NCBI GenBank assembly: GCA_002084535.1 | Contig: NBLI01000041.1 | Location: 1 to 30,031, forward strand | Source: Candidatus Zhuqueibacterota bacterium 4572_119 | GTDB taxonomy: Bacteria > Zhuqueibacterota > Zhuqueibacteria > Thermofontimicrobiales > Thermofontimicrobiaceae | DNA length: 30,031 nt | Direction: 5' to 3' | Shown here: one piece after another, positions 1 through 9,442 of the stretch | Layout of the letters: each line of letters begins with the position of its first letter | How positions within the stretch are numbered: the first letter of the stretch is position 1 | Notes under the pieces: generated by a model | The model's database searches: none | What the model was told of the DNA's origin: nothing | Seen by the model: the letters and a program-made list of their open reading frames with translations, nothing else | Translations under genes and position numbers: made by a program

Positions 1-240
1 GATGAGATTGATTATACCGCTGGTCTAATTTTTAAAAAGAAAGAAGGTGACCGGGTAATAAAAGGAGAAACAATTGCCGAAGTTTATTATTCCCGCGATA
101 TATCAGTAACAGAGATAGAAGAAAAAATGAGCGAAGCAATTCACATCTCAAACGAAAAACCGGGCGGAGACAAAAAGTTGATTTTAAAATATATTAGCAG
201 CCAAAAAGAAGTGGATTGGGGATCACTTCTAAATGGTTGA
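1..240 (+). CDS. pdp: Pyrimidine-nucleoside/thymidine phosphorylase, 3' end (partial)
   Basis: Frame 1 translates by hand to DEIDYTAGLIFKKKEGDRVIKGETIAEVY...GSLLNG* (TGA 238-240). This matches the C-terminal domain pattern D.ID..xG....KK.GD.V.KGE..A of PyNP/TP. Confidence 0.75.
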   Translation, partial: DEIDYTAGLIFKKKEGDRVIKGETIAEVYYSRDISVTEIEEKMSEAIHISNEKPGGDKKLILKYISSQKEVDWGSLLNG

Positions 241-313
241 TTTTAACGAGAGGTGATTTCGTGATGCTGTTTCCCGCCACCGCTCATTTGAAATCCAGCT
301 TACGCGAAAGTTG

Positions 314-2305
314 TTAAAACCGGGTTCTACCCCGGGAGTTTCTTTTTGATTTGGTTGTAAATCCGGTGTGTTTTTCACATGTTTGTGTTGGCGCATCCGG
401 CGTTTTAAAAACTTCATAAACAATGTCCGGGCAAAACTCTGTTGCCAGCTTTTTAGTTTCTTTGCAGATTTCCACTTTAACAACCCCAGGCGGCATCATA
501 AAAGGAGTTTTCGGAAGATTAAGGGAATCGTGCGCTGCTTTCATAAATTTTGCCCAAATGGGTAAGGCTGCAACCGATCCGGACATTCCATTCCCAAGGC
601 TTTTTGCCGGGTCATCAAAACCAATCCAAACACCGGCAACAATGTATTTTGAAAAGCCGATAAACCATGCGTCAGTGAAATCATTTGTTGTCCCTGTTTT
701 TCCACCGGCAGGTGCCTGAAAATTATAAACTGATCGGGCTGAATATGCGGTCCCTCCCGGGCTAAGAACTGACTGCATCATATCTGCCATGATGTACGCG
801 GTTTCCTTTCGTAAGACTTCCCGAACTTCCGGGTGATGTTCTTCCACAATATTCCCGAGTTTATCAACAATTTGATTAATAAAGATCGGGGTGGTAAGAA
901 TTCCCTGATTTGCAAACACACCAAAAGCCGCTGTCATTTCTATCGGGGCGACACTGCCGGAGCCAAGCGCAATGGCGTCAACCATGGGCAAGTCCGTGGT
1001 TAGCCCCAATTTTCTGGCATAATCGACAATCGTTTTTGGCGGAACGATTTCCAGTACCAGGCGAGCGGTTACAAGATTCAAAGACCGCCTCAATGCGTCG
1101 CGCAGAGAAGTTGGACCTCCTTGCGAGTGATCATAATTGTGAGGCGCCCACCGATCTCCGTTTGGTAAATATAATACAACCGGCTGGTTTAGCAATTCAA
1201 AACTTGGAGAATAGCCATTGTCAATGGCAGCAGTATAAACAATTGGCTTGAAAGTAGAGCCAGGCTGCCTTGTTCTCATTTGAATGGCTCTGTTATATTT
1301 GGATTCCTCAAAATTTCTGCCGCCAATTAAAGCTAAAATTTCACCATTCCTTGGGTCAAGAGCGACAAGCGCGACCTGTATTTTAAATTTTTCTGAAGCA
1401 ATTGAGTCCAATAATGCGGCATGGCTTCTTTTAAGCTTAGAAAATGATGTAGTCTTTAGTAATGAATCAGGAAGCAGTGCCTTTATATTACCGCTGGAAA
1501 TTAATTTTTTATTGAACCTTGACTGAATAGTATTTAAATGACTTGCCACAGCACTATCCGCGCAAGCCTGGACCCTGGAATCTAAAGTTGTATAAACATT
1601 TAACCCGGAAGTGTACAGGTCCATTTGATACGTTTCCTGAAGCTTCTGGCGAATGTGTTCAGTAAAGTAGGGAGCAATTCCAAATTCTTCAACCTGGTTG
1701 AGCTCCTCGACTTTGAGCGGTTCCAATTTGGATGCATTAAATTCCTCTTCTGTGATGTAGCCCTGGGTAAGCATGTTGTGCAAAACAACATTTCGCCGCG
1801 AAGTAACGATTTCCGGTTTCCGATAGGGTGAATAGGCGCCAGGTCTTTGGAGAATGCCTGTCAGCATCGCGCATTCAACCAGGTTTAGCTCGGACGCATT
1901 TTTGTTAAAGAATTTTTGGGCTGCTGCCTGAACACCATAGGCACCGTGTCCGAAATACATGTGATTTAAATACATTTCAAGTATTTCTGGTTTGGTATAA
2001 GTCCTTTCAATCTGGATTGCAGTCAGCATTTCACGAAGCTTTCTGACCATGGTTTTTTGCAGGTTGAGATGTAATTGCCGCGCTAATACCACACCGTCGC
2101 GTGAATATATTTTGGTAGCTAATTCAGGATCATAATGTTCAAGCTGGTCAAGAGATGGCAGGTCCTGAGCCAAAAAAATGAGGAAAATAATAAGTAACGC
2201 GAACAGTAAGGCACCGCCTATTAGAAACAGTTTGATCTTTCGTTTCTTTGATTTTACCGTTACGGGTATTTTTAAATTACTTTTTGAAAAGGATTTTCTT
2301 TTCAT
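314..2305 (-). CDS. mrcA: Class A penicillin-binding protein (PBP1A family), with an apparent in-frame deletion in the glycosyltransferase domain
   Basis: N-terminal TM anchor; GT51 motifs RKLREM, YLNHMYFGHGAYGVQAAA and LxxxECAMLTG; transpeptidase motifs STFK, SLN and KTG. GT motifs 1 and 2 are absent. ATG at 2305 chosen; an alternative TTG lies at 2320. Confidence 0.9.
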   Translation of the reverse strand: MKRKSFSKSNLKIPVTVKSKKRKIKLFLIGGALLFALLIIFLIFLAQDLPSLDQLEHYDPELATKIYSRDGVVLARQLHLNLQKTMVRKLREMLTAIQIERTYTKPEILEMYLNHMYFGHGAYGVQAAAQKFFNKNASELNLVECAMLTGILQRPGAYSPYRKPEIVTSRRNVVLHNMLTQGYITEEEFNASKLEPLKVEELNQVEEFGIAPYFTEHIRQKLQETYQMDLYTSGLNVYTTLDSRVQACADSAVASHLNTIQSRFNKKLISSGNIKALLPDSLLKTTSFSKLKRSHAALLDSIASEKFKIQVALVALDPRNGEILALIGGRNFEESKYNRAIQMRTRQPGSTFKPIVYTAAIDNGYSPSFELLNQPVVLYLPNGDRWAPHNYDHSQGGPTSLRDALRRSLNLVTARLVLEIVPPKTIVDYARKLGLTTDLPMVDAIALGSGSVAPIEMTAAFGVFANQGILTTPIFINQIVDKLGNIVEEHHPEVREVLRKETAYIMADMMQSVLSPGGTAYSARSVYNFQAPAGGKTGTTNDFTDAWFIGFSKYIVAGVWIGFDDPAKSLGNGMSGSVAALPIWAKFMKAAHDSLNLPKTPFMMPPGVVKVEICKETKKLATEFCPDIVYEVFKTPDAPTQTCEKHTGFTTKSKRNSRGRTRF

Positions 2306-2420
2306 TCTATTATATCCCAATTCTATTTTGTACTTTAAAGAAAACTAATTAAAAAATGACAAAAGGAGAGTTTTCGTTCCAACACTAAATGATATACAAT
2401 GAAATTAACGATTTTAAAGC

Positions 2421-3146
2421 TTAACAGTTCCAGTGATTCAGGGTCAGTCCATTTTCGTCGAGTAAGCCATATGTGAAATGATTAATCCAGTCGCCGGGAT
2501 TTAAAAAAATATTTTCACCGATCTGTTTTAATTGCGGCTGGTGGGTGTGACACAGTATCACGTAATCAATTCCCTGGTTAAACTTTTCCCTGGCAAAATT
2601 AAAATAATCATCAAAATTTGGCGAAGCACTCCTTTTTGAATTGTGCTGCCGGCTGGTATGGGACATTAATTTTGCTAAAGGAATACCTAAGTCAGGGTGC
2701 AGCCAGCGGTATAAAAATATATTGAACCGGTTTCTGAATATTTTTTTTAGCAAGCGATATCCCCGGTCGCTTTTTAAAATACCATCGCCGTGAAAAAGTA
2801 GTACCCGCTTGGAATTATATTCAAATGTATATATATCCGGGTGAATTTCGATTTGAATTTTTGATGGTAAAAAATCTCTTATCCAGCAATCATGATTTCC
2901 CCGTAGAAAATGAACTTTTACACCAGCCTCGATGAGTTTTGATAATTCAAATAAAACACGATAAGGCTTTGCCGGTACAACATGTTTATATTCAAACCAA
3001 AAATCAAAAAGATCTCCCACGATAAACAATTCATTTTCAGGGTTTTTGATAAAATTAAAGAAAGTAAAAAGTTGTTGATCAATATCTGCTTGATTTTCAA
3101 ATTCGGCGCCGACATGAAGATCAGAAATAAAATAGATTTTTTTCAT
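2421..3146 (-). CDS. lpxH: UDP-2,3-diacylglucosamine diphosphatase (LpxH-like metallophosphoesterase)
   Basis: Motifs FISDLHVG, GDLFDFWFEY, GNHD, HGDG and HTH, followed by NPGDW, fit the FCB-type LpxH family. Confidence 0.8.
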   Translation of the reverse strand: MKKIYFISDLHVGAEFENQADIDQQLFTFFNFIKNPENELFIVGDLFDFWFEYKHVVPAKPYRVLFELSKLIEAGVKVHFLRGNHDCWIRDFLPSKIQIEIHPDIYTFEYNSKRVLLFHGDGILKSDRGYRLLKKIFRNRFNIFLYRWLHPDLGIPLAKLMSHTSRQHNSKRSASPNFDDYFNFAREKFNQGIDYVILCHTHQPQLKQIGENIFLNPGDWINHFTYGLLDENGLTLNHWNC

Positions 3147-3242
3147 TCGTATTTACCGTTTACCGTATTTGTTCAGAAATGTTTTAAGATACAAAATTTG
3201 CTCTGATTTTGCAATAAAAATATATTTTATTAAGAAAAAACA

Positions 3243-3271
3243 TTGACAATAGTTTTGTAAATAAGTAAATT
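3243..3271 (+). promoter_or_regulatory. Putative sigma70-type promoter upstream of the ispE operon
   Basis: TTGACA (3243-3248), 17-nt spacer, TAAATT (3266-3271). Confidence 0.5.
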
Positions 3272-3647
3272 TATCACCTGGTTATTCAGGGAATTACATT
3301 AATGCTGGCTCGACATAGTAATAGTATCATATTAATGAGCATAGTTGTTAATTACATATCCGAGTTCTTGAATGCGGCAACTGTGTTGCGACTTTAAAAT
3401 AGTTGATTCAAAAATAATTTGTTAAAATGTATTTTCATGATCAGAATGCCAGCACATTTAATTTGGAAATTATAAAAAATCTGTGCTAACCAGAATAGAT
3501 ATGTGGATCAGGTGCTTCGAAAAAAATACCTTTAATGCTGGATGGTCATTTTGTTTTAGACAAAGTTTGTTTTTGTGCTAAATGGTGTCCGCGGGGAAGA
3601 GTCGATTATAGAATCATGACATTAACAGGAAATACACGGTAATTCTA

Positions 3648-4502
3648 TTGAAAGAAATTATTGAAAAAGCTTACGCGAAAATTAACATTGGGCTGAAAAT
3701 TATTTCCAAACGACCTGACGGATATCATGATTTGGAAACAATTTTTCAGCAGATTGACTTGTGCGACACGATCAAGCTGTCTATAAGAAAATCTAATGAT
3801 ATTGTGATTAAAAGTGACAATAAAAACATTCCACTTGATGAAAATAATATTTGTCATAAAGCGGCTCTATTGTTTCGAGCGGCATCGGGATTGGATTTTG
3901 GGCTAACAATTCATATTCAAAAAGAAATACCGACCGGTGCTGGGCTTGGAGGAGGGAGCAGCAACGCGGCAGCTGTTTTGTTGGGACTGGAAAAGCTAAT
4001 GGCGTATAAACTGCCCGAGAAAAGATTGAATCGAATCGCGAGGGATTTAGGCGCGGACGTTCCTTTCTTCCTGGTTGGTGGAACAGCTTATGCCGAAGGA
4101 ATTGGCGATAAAATAAAAACGGTGCGTCCTTTTCCTGATTTTTTTGCTGTTTTGGTGTATCCAAATATTGAGATTTCATCAGCTTGGGCATACAAAAACT
4201 TCAATTTTAACTTGACAAAAACAAAAAAAATCATTAAATTGTCCCGAATTATCCAAAATCGGATTTGCTTTAGCGACCTAAAGGATTATGTGGAAAACGA
4301 TTTTGAGAAAATCGTTTTTGCAAAATACCCTGAGTTGTTAAAAATAAAAGAGTTACTGTATAGAAAAGGTGCTTTTTTGGCGATGATGTCCGGCAGCGGA
4401 TCGACGATTTTCGGACTTTTTACCGGGTCTGAAAAGGCGGAAGCTGCCAGAAAGTATTTCTCAGAGAAATACAAATGTTTTCTTACTCAGCCAAAAAAAT
4501 GA
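3648..4502 (+). CDS. ispE: 4-diphosphocytidyl-2-C-methyl-D-erythritol kinase
   Basis: AKINIGL, GYHDLETIF, KEIPTGAGLGGGSSNAA, LGADVPFF, NDFE and MSGSGST motifs; TTG start. Confidence 0.95.
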   Translation: MKEIIEKAYAKINIGLKIISKRPDGYHDLETIFQQIDLCDTIKLSIRKSNDIVIKSDNKNIPLDENNICHKAALLFRAASGLDFGLTIHIQKEIPTGAGLGGGSSNAAAVLLGLEKLMAYKLPEKRLNRIARDLGADVPFFLVGGTAYAEGIGDKIKTVRPFPDFFAVLVYPNIEISSAWAYKNFNFNLTKTKKIIKLSRIIQNRICFSDLKDYVENDFEKIVFAKYPELLKIKELLYRKGAFLAMMSGSGSTIFGLFTGSEKAEAARKYFSEKYKCFLTQPKK

Positions 4503-4622
4503 AACATCTATAACATTTGGGGCGAGAATTAATATTAAAATTTTATTAGATTGTGATTTAGCCTTGACCCAGAATTTTCTTTATTGAATTGATTGAAATC
4601 AACTTACAGGAGAGAGGAAATA

Positions 4623-4916
4623 ATGGAGATAACAGAAATTACCGTTACTCTGCGCAATGAAGAAAAACTTAAGGCATTTGTTAATGTGACGTTTGATGAT
4701 CAGTTTGTAGTCCGTGGAATGAAGGTAATAAAAGGGGCGACAGGATTTTTTATAAGCATGCCAAGCAGAAAAATGCCCGATGGTTCATTCAAAGATATTG
4801 CTCATCCGATCAATAAAGACTTCCGGGAATTTATAGAAAAAATGATTCTTGACAAATATAATTCTACGCTGGAAGAAGAAAAGTCAGAGGATGTTGTTAG
4901 CAAAGAAAGTTCATGA
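4623..4916 (+). CDS. spoVG: SpoVG family nucleic-acid-binding regulator
   Basis: MEITEITV..., LKAFVNVTFDDQFVVRGMKVI, FISMPSRK and DIAHPI motifs; purine-rich RBS (GGAGAGG) before ATG 4623. Confidence 0.92.
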   Translation: MEITEITVTLRNEEKLKAFVNVTFDDQFVVRGMKVIKGATGFFISMPSRKMPDGSFKDIAHPINKDFREFIEKMILDKYNSTLEEEKSEDVVSKESS

Positions 4917-4937
4917 CATTTAATTCTATTTGATTAT

Positions 4938-5009
4938 TGGGGCGTGGCCAAGCGGCAAGGCACAGGGTTTTGGTCCCTGCATTCGGAGGTTCGAATCCTC
5001 CCGCCCCAG
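4938..5009 (+). tRNA. tRNA-Gln (anticodon TTG); CCA not encoded
   Basis: Acceptor stem TGGGGCG/CGCCCCA, anticodon arm CAGGG-TTTTGGT-CCCTG, T-arm GGAGG-TTCGAAT-CCTCC. It sits in the usual ispE-tRNA-Gln-prs context. Confidence 0.97.
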
Positions 5010-5046
5010 CTCATTTTGTCAGACAAATATCGTCATTGAGTTTGTC

Positions 5047-5166
5047 AAATGACGAAAATCAGAGTGGGAGCAACTCTAGTTTTAGAATTCGCTGATGTTA
5101 AGCACAAGGTTATTAATGTTGAATTACTTTGATTATCTACTTTGCCCCGTTTGATTTTCGTCATTT
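5047..5166. repeat. Long inverted repeat / hairpin between tRNA-Gln and prs
   Basis: Perfect 15-bp inverted repeat AAATGACGAAAATCA (5047-5061) / TGATTTTCGTCATTT (5152-5166), with further imperfect pairing inside. Confidence 0.75.
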
Positions 5167-5187
5167 TTCATTTCACGGATTTTTTAT

Positions 5188-6123
5188 ATGGCAAATTCTT
5201 TAAAAATATTTACTGGTACAGCAAATCGGGAGTTGGCAGAAAAGATCGCTCAATACCTGGACATTTCCTTAGGGGAGTCAAGTATCAACAGGTTTAGCGA
5301 TGGTGAGATATGGGTTAAGTATAATGAAAATATACGGGGTTGCGATGTTTTTATTGTACAGCCAACTTGCTCACCTTCTGATAATTTTATGGAGTTGCTG
5401 ATAATGATTGACGCGGCTCGCAGGTCGTCAGCCAGCAGAATCACAGCGGTTATTCCCTATTTTGGCTATGCCCGGCAGGATAGAAAAGATCAGCCAAGAG
5501 TGGCAATTACTGCCAAGCTTGTCGCGAATATTATTCGCACAGCAGGAGCAGATCGTGTTTTAACAATGGATTTACACGCTTCGCAAATCCAGGGTTTTTT
5601 TGATATACCGCTGGATCATTTATATTCTTCACCGATTCTGGCGGAATATTTTAAAAAAAGAAAAATTCCTGATCTGGTTGTGCTTTCACCAGACATTGGC
5701 GGCGTAAAAATGTCACGGGCATACGCGAAACGTTTAAAGGCGCCTCTGGCAATAATCGATAAGCGCCGTTCAGGTCCGAACCGGGCAGAAGTTATGCACC
5801 TGATTGGTGAAGTAAAAGATAAGAACCTTTTAATTATTGATGATATTGTTGATACGGCGGGTACTCTGGTAAAAGCAGTTGAAAGAGCAAAAAAAGAAGG
5901 GGCAAAAAATGTTTATGCGGCTTGTACTCATCCAATTTTATCGGGTGATGCAATTGAAAAAATTAGAAAGTCCGCATTAAAAGAATTTGTGATGATGGAT
6001 ACAGTCTCTATAAATCAAGAAAAGATGCTGTCAAATTTTAAAATAATATCCGTGGCAAATATGTTTGGTAATGCGATAAAACGAATTCACAATGAAGAAT
6101 CTATAAGTATTTTATTTGATTAA
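5188..6123 (+). CDS. prs: Ribose-phosphate pyrophosphokinase
   Basis: FSDGE, PYFGYARQDRK, MDLHASQIQGFFDIP, SPDIGGV and IIDDIVDTAGT motifs. Confidence 0.98.
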   Translation: MANSLKIFTGTANRELAEKIAQYLDISLGESSINRFSDGEIWVKYNENIRGCDVFIVQPTCSPSDNFMELLIMIDAARRSSASRITAVIPYFGYARQDRKDQPRVAITAKLVANIIRTAGADRVLTMDLHASQIQGFFDIPLDHLYSSPILAEYFKKRKIPDLVVLSPDIGGVKMSRAYAKRLKAPLAIIDKRRSGPNRAEVMHLIGEVKDKNLLIIDDIVDTAGTLVKAVERAKKEGAKNVYAACTHPILSGDAIEKIRKSALKEFVMMDTVSINQEKMLSNFKIISVANMFGNAIKRIHNEESISILFD

Positions 6124-6152
6124 TTTTTTGGTTAAGTTAATGGAGCGTTATA

Positions 6153-6797
6153 ATGGCAGAATTAGAATTAAAAGCAGAAGTAAGAGAGAATACTCACAAA
6201 GGTTATGCTAAACAATTAAGAAAAGAAGGGAAAATCCCTGGTGTTTTTTACGCGCAGGGTGAAACAACAGTACCCATTGTGGTTGACGAAAGAGAGATGG
6301 TAAAAATATTGACATCGGATTCAGGATTGATAGACATCAGGTTGGGTGATAAAAGAAAACGAAAAGCGATTGTGAAAGAATATCAAACCGACCCGGTGAA
6401 ACAAAGATTATTTCACGTTGACATTATGGGGGTCAAGTTAAAAGAAAAGCTCACTGTTCCTGTTAGCATAAATATAACAGGGGCTGCCGTTGGTGTTAAG
6501 GACCATGGCGGTGTTTTACATCAGTATCTTCGTGAAATTGACGTTACTTGTTTGCCGCTCGACATTCCTGACAGTATCGATGTTGATGTTAGTGAGTTGA
6601 ACATTGGAGACTCAGTTACAGTTGGAACTCTTTCCCTTGAAAACGCGACTGTTGAGCTTGAAGATGATCAACCAATAGTTTCTGTTTTGGCTCCGACGGT
6701 TGTGAAGGAAGAGGTAGAAGAGGTTGAAGAAGGTGAATTGGAAGAAGGCGAAGAGGGAGCCGGAGAGAGTGAAGACGCCGAAAGTTCGGATGCTTAA
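6153..6797 (+). CDS. rplY: 50S ribosomal protein L25/Ctc (long form, acidic tail)
   Basis: LRKEGKIPGVFY, YQTDPV..HVD, GVKDHGGVL and CLPLDIP..IDVDVSELNIGDS motifs; located between prs and pth. Confidence 0.96.
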   Translation: MAELELKAEVRENTHKGYAKQLRKEGKIPGVFYAQGETTVPIVVDEREMVKILTSDSGLIDIRLGDKRKRKAIVKEYQTDPVKQRLFHVDIMGVKLKEKLTVPVSINITGAAVGVKDHGGVLHQYLREIDVTCLPLDIPDSIDVDVSELNIGDSVTVGTLSLENATVELEDDQPIVSVLAPTVVKEEVEEVEEGELEEGEEGAGESEDAESSDA

Positions 6798-6839
6798 TTT
6801 GTGAAAAAAAAGTTTTTTTAAAGATCTTTTAAAATTTGC

Positions 6840-7403
6840 ATGAATAATAAATTTCTTGTCATTGGATTGGGAAACCCGGGTAAAAAATATAAACTTACTC
6901 GGCATAATGCTGGATTTATGGTTGTTAATTCAATAGCAAAGCAATTTAAATGTTCTTTCAAAAGATATCGAAAATTTGAGGCAACAAAGTTTGAATTCGA
7001 AGGAAATCAAATTTTTTTAATGAAGCCAACAACTTATATGAATCTGAGTGGAACCGCGGTTTCCAGAGGAATTAAGAAATATGGTTTGGATCCCGCAAAT
7101 TTATTAGTTATCAGTGATGACATAAGTCTGCCGCTTGGGAAAATTCGAATTAGGCCAAGAGGTGGTTATGGCGGACATAATGGATTGAAATCAATTATCG
7201 GGGAAATCGAGACCGATCAATTCGCGAGGTTGCGGATTGGGATATCAAGTGCTGAATATTCAGGTGAGTTAGTAGATTTTGTTTTAACGACATTTTCTGA
7301 AGCTGACAAAACAGCATTAGCTCTTGTAATTGATAAAGCAATGAGCTGTGTTTTGTTTTATATTCAACATGGCATGGCAAAAGCGATGAATGAGTATAAT
7401 TAA
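6840..7403 (+). CDS. pth: Peptidyl-tRNA hydrolase
   Basis: GLGNPG..Y..TRHNAGF, KPTTYMNLSG, GGHNGLKSII and RLRIGI motifs. Confidence 0.97.
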   Translation: MNNKFLVIGLGNPGKKYKLTRHNAGFMVVNSIAKQFKCSFKRYRKFEATKFEFEGNQIFLMKPTTYMNLSGTAVSRGIKKYGLDPANLLVISDDISLPLGKIRIRPRGGYGGHNGLKSIIGEIETDQFARLRIGISSAEYSGELVDFVLTTFSEADKTALALVIDKAMSCVLFYIQHGMAKAMNEYN

Positions 7404-7485
7404 ATAATACTGAAGCAATAAACAATTATTTTTTGTTGCTTATTTAATACTTGATATTCTTAAAAAGGATATTGGAAATGAGCGC

Positions 7486-9417
7486 ATGGCTCAAATATCG
7501 TTAGCCATCCAACAGGGAGCGCGTGCGTTTCTTAAAAGAGAATACATATATGTCTCAATTGTTGTGGTTGTTATCGCTGTGTTAATTGCCGCAGCACCTT
7601 TTTTAACTGAAGTTGAACTCGGTTGGAAAACGTCTGTAGCGTTTATCGGTGGCGCGCTTGTTTCTGCTTTAGCCGGATACATTGGCATGAGCATCGCAAC
7701 AAAAGCAAACGCGCGTACAACGCAGGGGGCAATCACCGGAGGTATTAAAGGGGCGTTGAGTATTGCAATCAGCGGTGGCGCGGTTATGGGGATGAGTGTT
7801 GTTGGATTAGCGCTTTTGGGTTTGAGTATATTTTTTATCGTTTTTGATGGTGAACCAACAATAATTAATGGTTACGCCATGGGTGCGAGTCTGGTTGCTC
7901 TGTTTGCGAGAAGTGGTGGTGGGATTTTTACAAAAGGCGCTGATATGGGCGCGGATTTAGTGGGCAAAGTAGAAGCCGGAATCCCTGAAGATGATCCCCG
8001 GAACCCGGCTGTAATCGCCGATAATGTGGGGGATAATGTTGGTGATGTTGCCGGACTTGGCGCGGATTTGTTGGAATCCTATGTTGAATCCATTATCGCT
8101 GCAATGGCGATTGCGGCAACCCTTGGAATCGCGGCACCCCAATTAAAAACTCTCCCATTATCTATTGCCAGCGCTGGAATTATTTCTTCAATATTGGGGG
8201 TAATGTTTGTCAGGATTGTGGGAAGAAAAAATCCGCAGTCAGCGCTGATGGGTGGAACATATTTAAGTGCCGGTTTAACCGCGCTGGCTACCTTTTTTAT
8301 CGTAAAATATCAGGGCGTTAGTTTTGAGGTAATGACAGACCAGGACACGATTGAAAAATTTTCTGTGATGGGACCGTTCTTTGCCACAATTTGCGGTATC
8401 GTTTCTGGTGTAATTGTTGGTTTTACCAGCGAATATTTTACATCAAAGAAATATAAACCAGTGCGTCAATTAGCTGAGGATTCCCAAAGTGGCGCGGCGA
8501 TCACCGTGACCAGTGGTATGTCTGTGGGAATGGCATCCACCGCGATACCGGTTATTGTGCTCGGTATTGCTGTTGTTTTGGCAAACTATTATGCTGGAAT
8601 TTATGGCGTTGCACTGGCTGCTTTTGGTATGTTAGCGACTACTGGTGTCATTGTCGCTGTTGATTCTTATGGGCCGATTGCGGATAACGCCGGAGGTATT
8701 GCCGAGATGGCAAATCTCGATCCTTCAGTCAGAGAAGTAACGGACAACCTCGATGCAGTAGGAAACACTACAGCCGCGATTGGCAAAGGTTTCGCTATTG
8801 GCTCGGCAGCATTTGCCGCGTTGGGTTTGTTGGCTGCGTATATGAAATCCGCAGATGTTGGCGTGGCTGATATAAAAGAACCAAAGGTTTTAATGGGACT
8901 GCTCATTGGTGGCATGTTGCCGTTCTTGTTTTCTTCTCTTTTGTTTAAAGCGGTTAGCAATTCCGCGTTTAAAATGATTGCGGAAGTAAGAAGGCAGTTC
9001 AAAGAGATTCCCGGATTGTTTGAGGGAAAAGCATTACCTGACTCAGCAAGGTGCGTTGATATTTCTACTGTTGGCGCGATTAACGGGATGTTGTTACCGG
9101 GCGGGATCGCGATAGCAGCGCCTGTGCTGGTTGGTTTGTTTTTGGGAAAAGAAACTTTGGCGGGAATGCTTGTCGGGGCTTTGGTTACCGGGCTTATGCT
9201 GGGTATTCAAATGGCAAATTCCGGTGGCGCGATGGACAATGCCAAAAAGTATATAGAGGAAGGAAATTTTGGAGGAAAAGGATCAGAAACTCATAAAGCT
9301 GCTGTGGTTGGAGATACGGTTGGTGATCCTTTGAAAGACACAGTAGGTCCTTCAATAAATATTTTAATAAAATTAATGAGCGTCATATCTTTGGTGTTGG
9401 CGCCCTTATTTAAATAA
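7486..9417 (+). CDS. hppA: Membrane-bound cation-translocating pyrophosphatase, K+-dependent type; true start apparently missing
   Basis: [51 protein letters not shown] (Ala = K+-dependent signature) and [11 protein letters not shown] motifs. The frame continues upstream as FFVAYLILDILKKDIGNER with no start codon. Confidence 0.95.
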   Translation: MAQISLAIQQGARAFLKREYIYVSIVVVVIAVLIAAAPFLTEVELGWKTSVAFIGGALVSALAGYIGMSIATKANARTTQGAITGGIKGALSIAISGGAVMGMSVVGLALLGLSIFFIVFDGEPTIINGYAMGASLVALFARSGGGIFTKGADMGADLVGKVEAGIPEDDPRNPAVIADNVGDNVGDVAGLGADLLESYVESIIAAMAIAATLGIAAPQLKTLPLSIASAGIISSILGVMFVRIVGRKNPQSALMGGTYLSAGLTALATFFIVKYQGVSFEVMTDQDTIEKFSVMGPFFATICGIVSGVIVGFTSEYFTSKKYKPVRQLAEDSQSGAAITVTSGMSVGMASTAIPVIVLGIAVVLANYYAGIYGVALAAFGMLATTGVIVAVDSYGPIADNAGGIAEMANLDPSVREVTDNLDAVGNTTAAIGKGFAIGSAAFAALGLLAAYMKSADVGVADIKEPKVLMGLLIGGMLPFLFSSLLFKAVSNSAFKMIAEVRRQFKEIPGLFEGKALPDSARCVDISTVGAINGMLLPGGIAIAAPVLVGLFLGKETLAGMLVGALVTGLMLGIQMANSGGAMDNAKKYIEEGNFGGKGSETHKAAVVGDTVGDPLKDTVGPSINILIKLMSVISLVLAPLFK

Positions 9418-9442
9418 ATGGAAACAGGAGGCTAAGTTAATT

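Noticed and set aside
2540-2560. LpxH-like motif reads CHTH rather than GHTH
   Set aside because: The metal-binding histidines are retained; likely ordinary variation.
4623-4916. spoVG in a diderm, presumably non-sporulating organism
   Set aside because: SpoVG is known outside sporulators (e.g. spirochaetes), and its position near ispE-prs is a familiar context.
4938-5187. tRNA-Gln as an integration site for a genomic island
   Set aside because: No integrase and no duplicated tRNA 3' end in the window; the flanking genes are the normal ispE-prs context.
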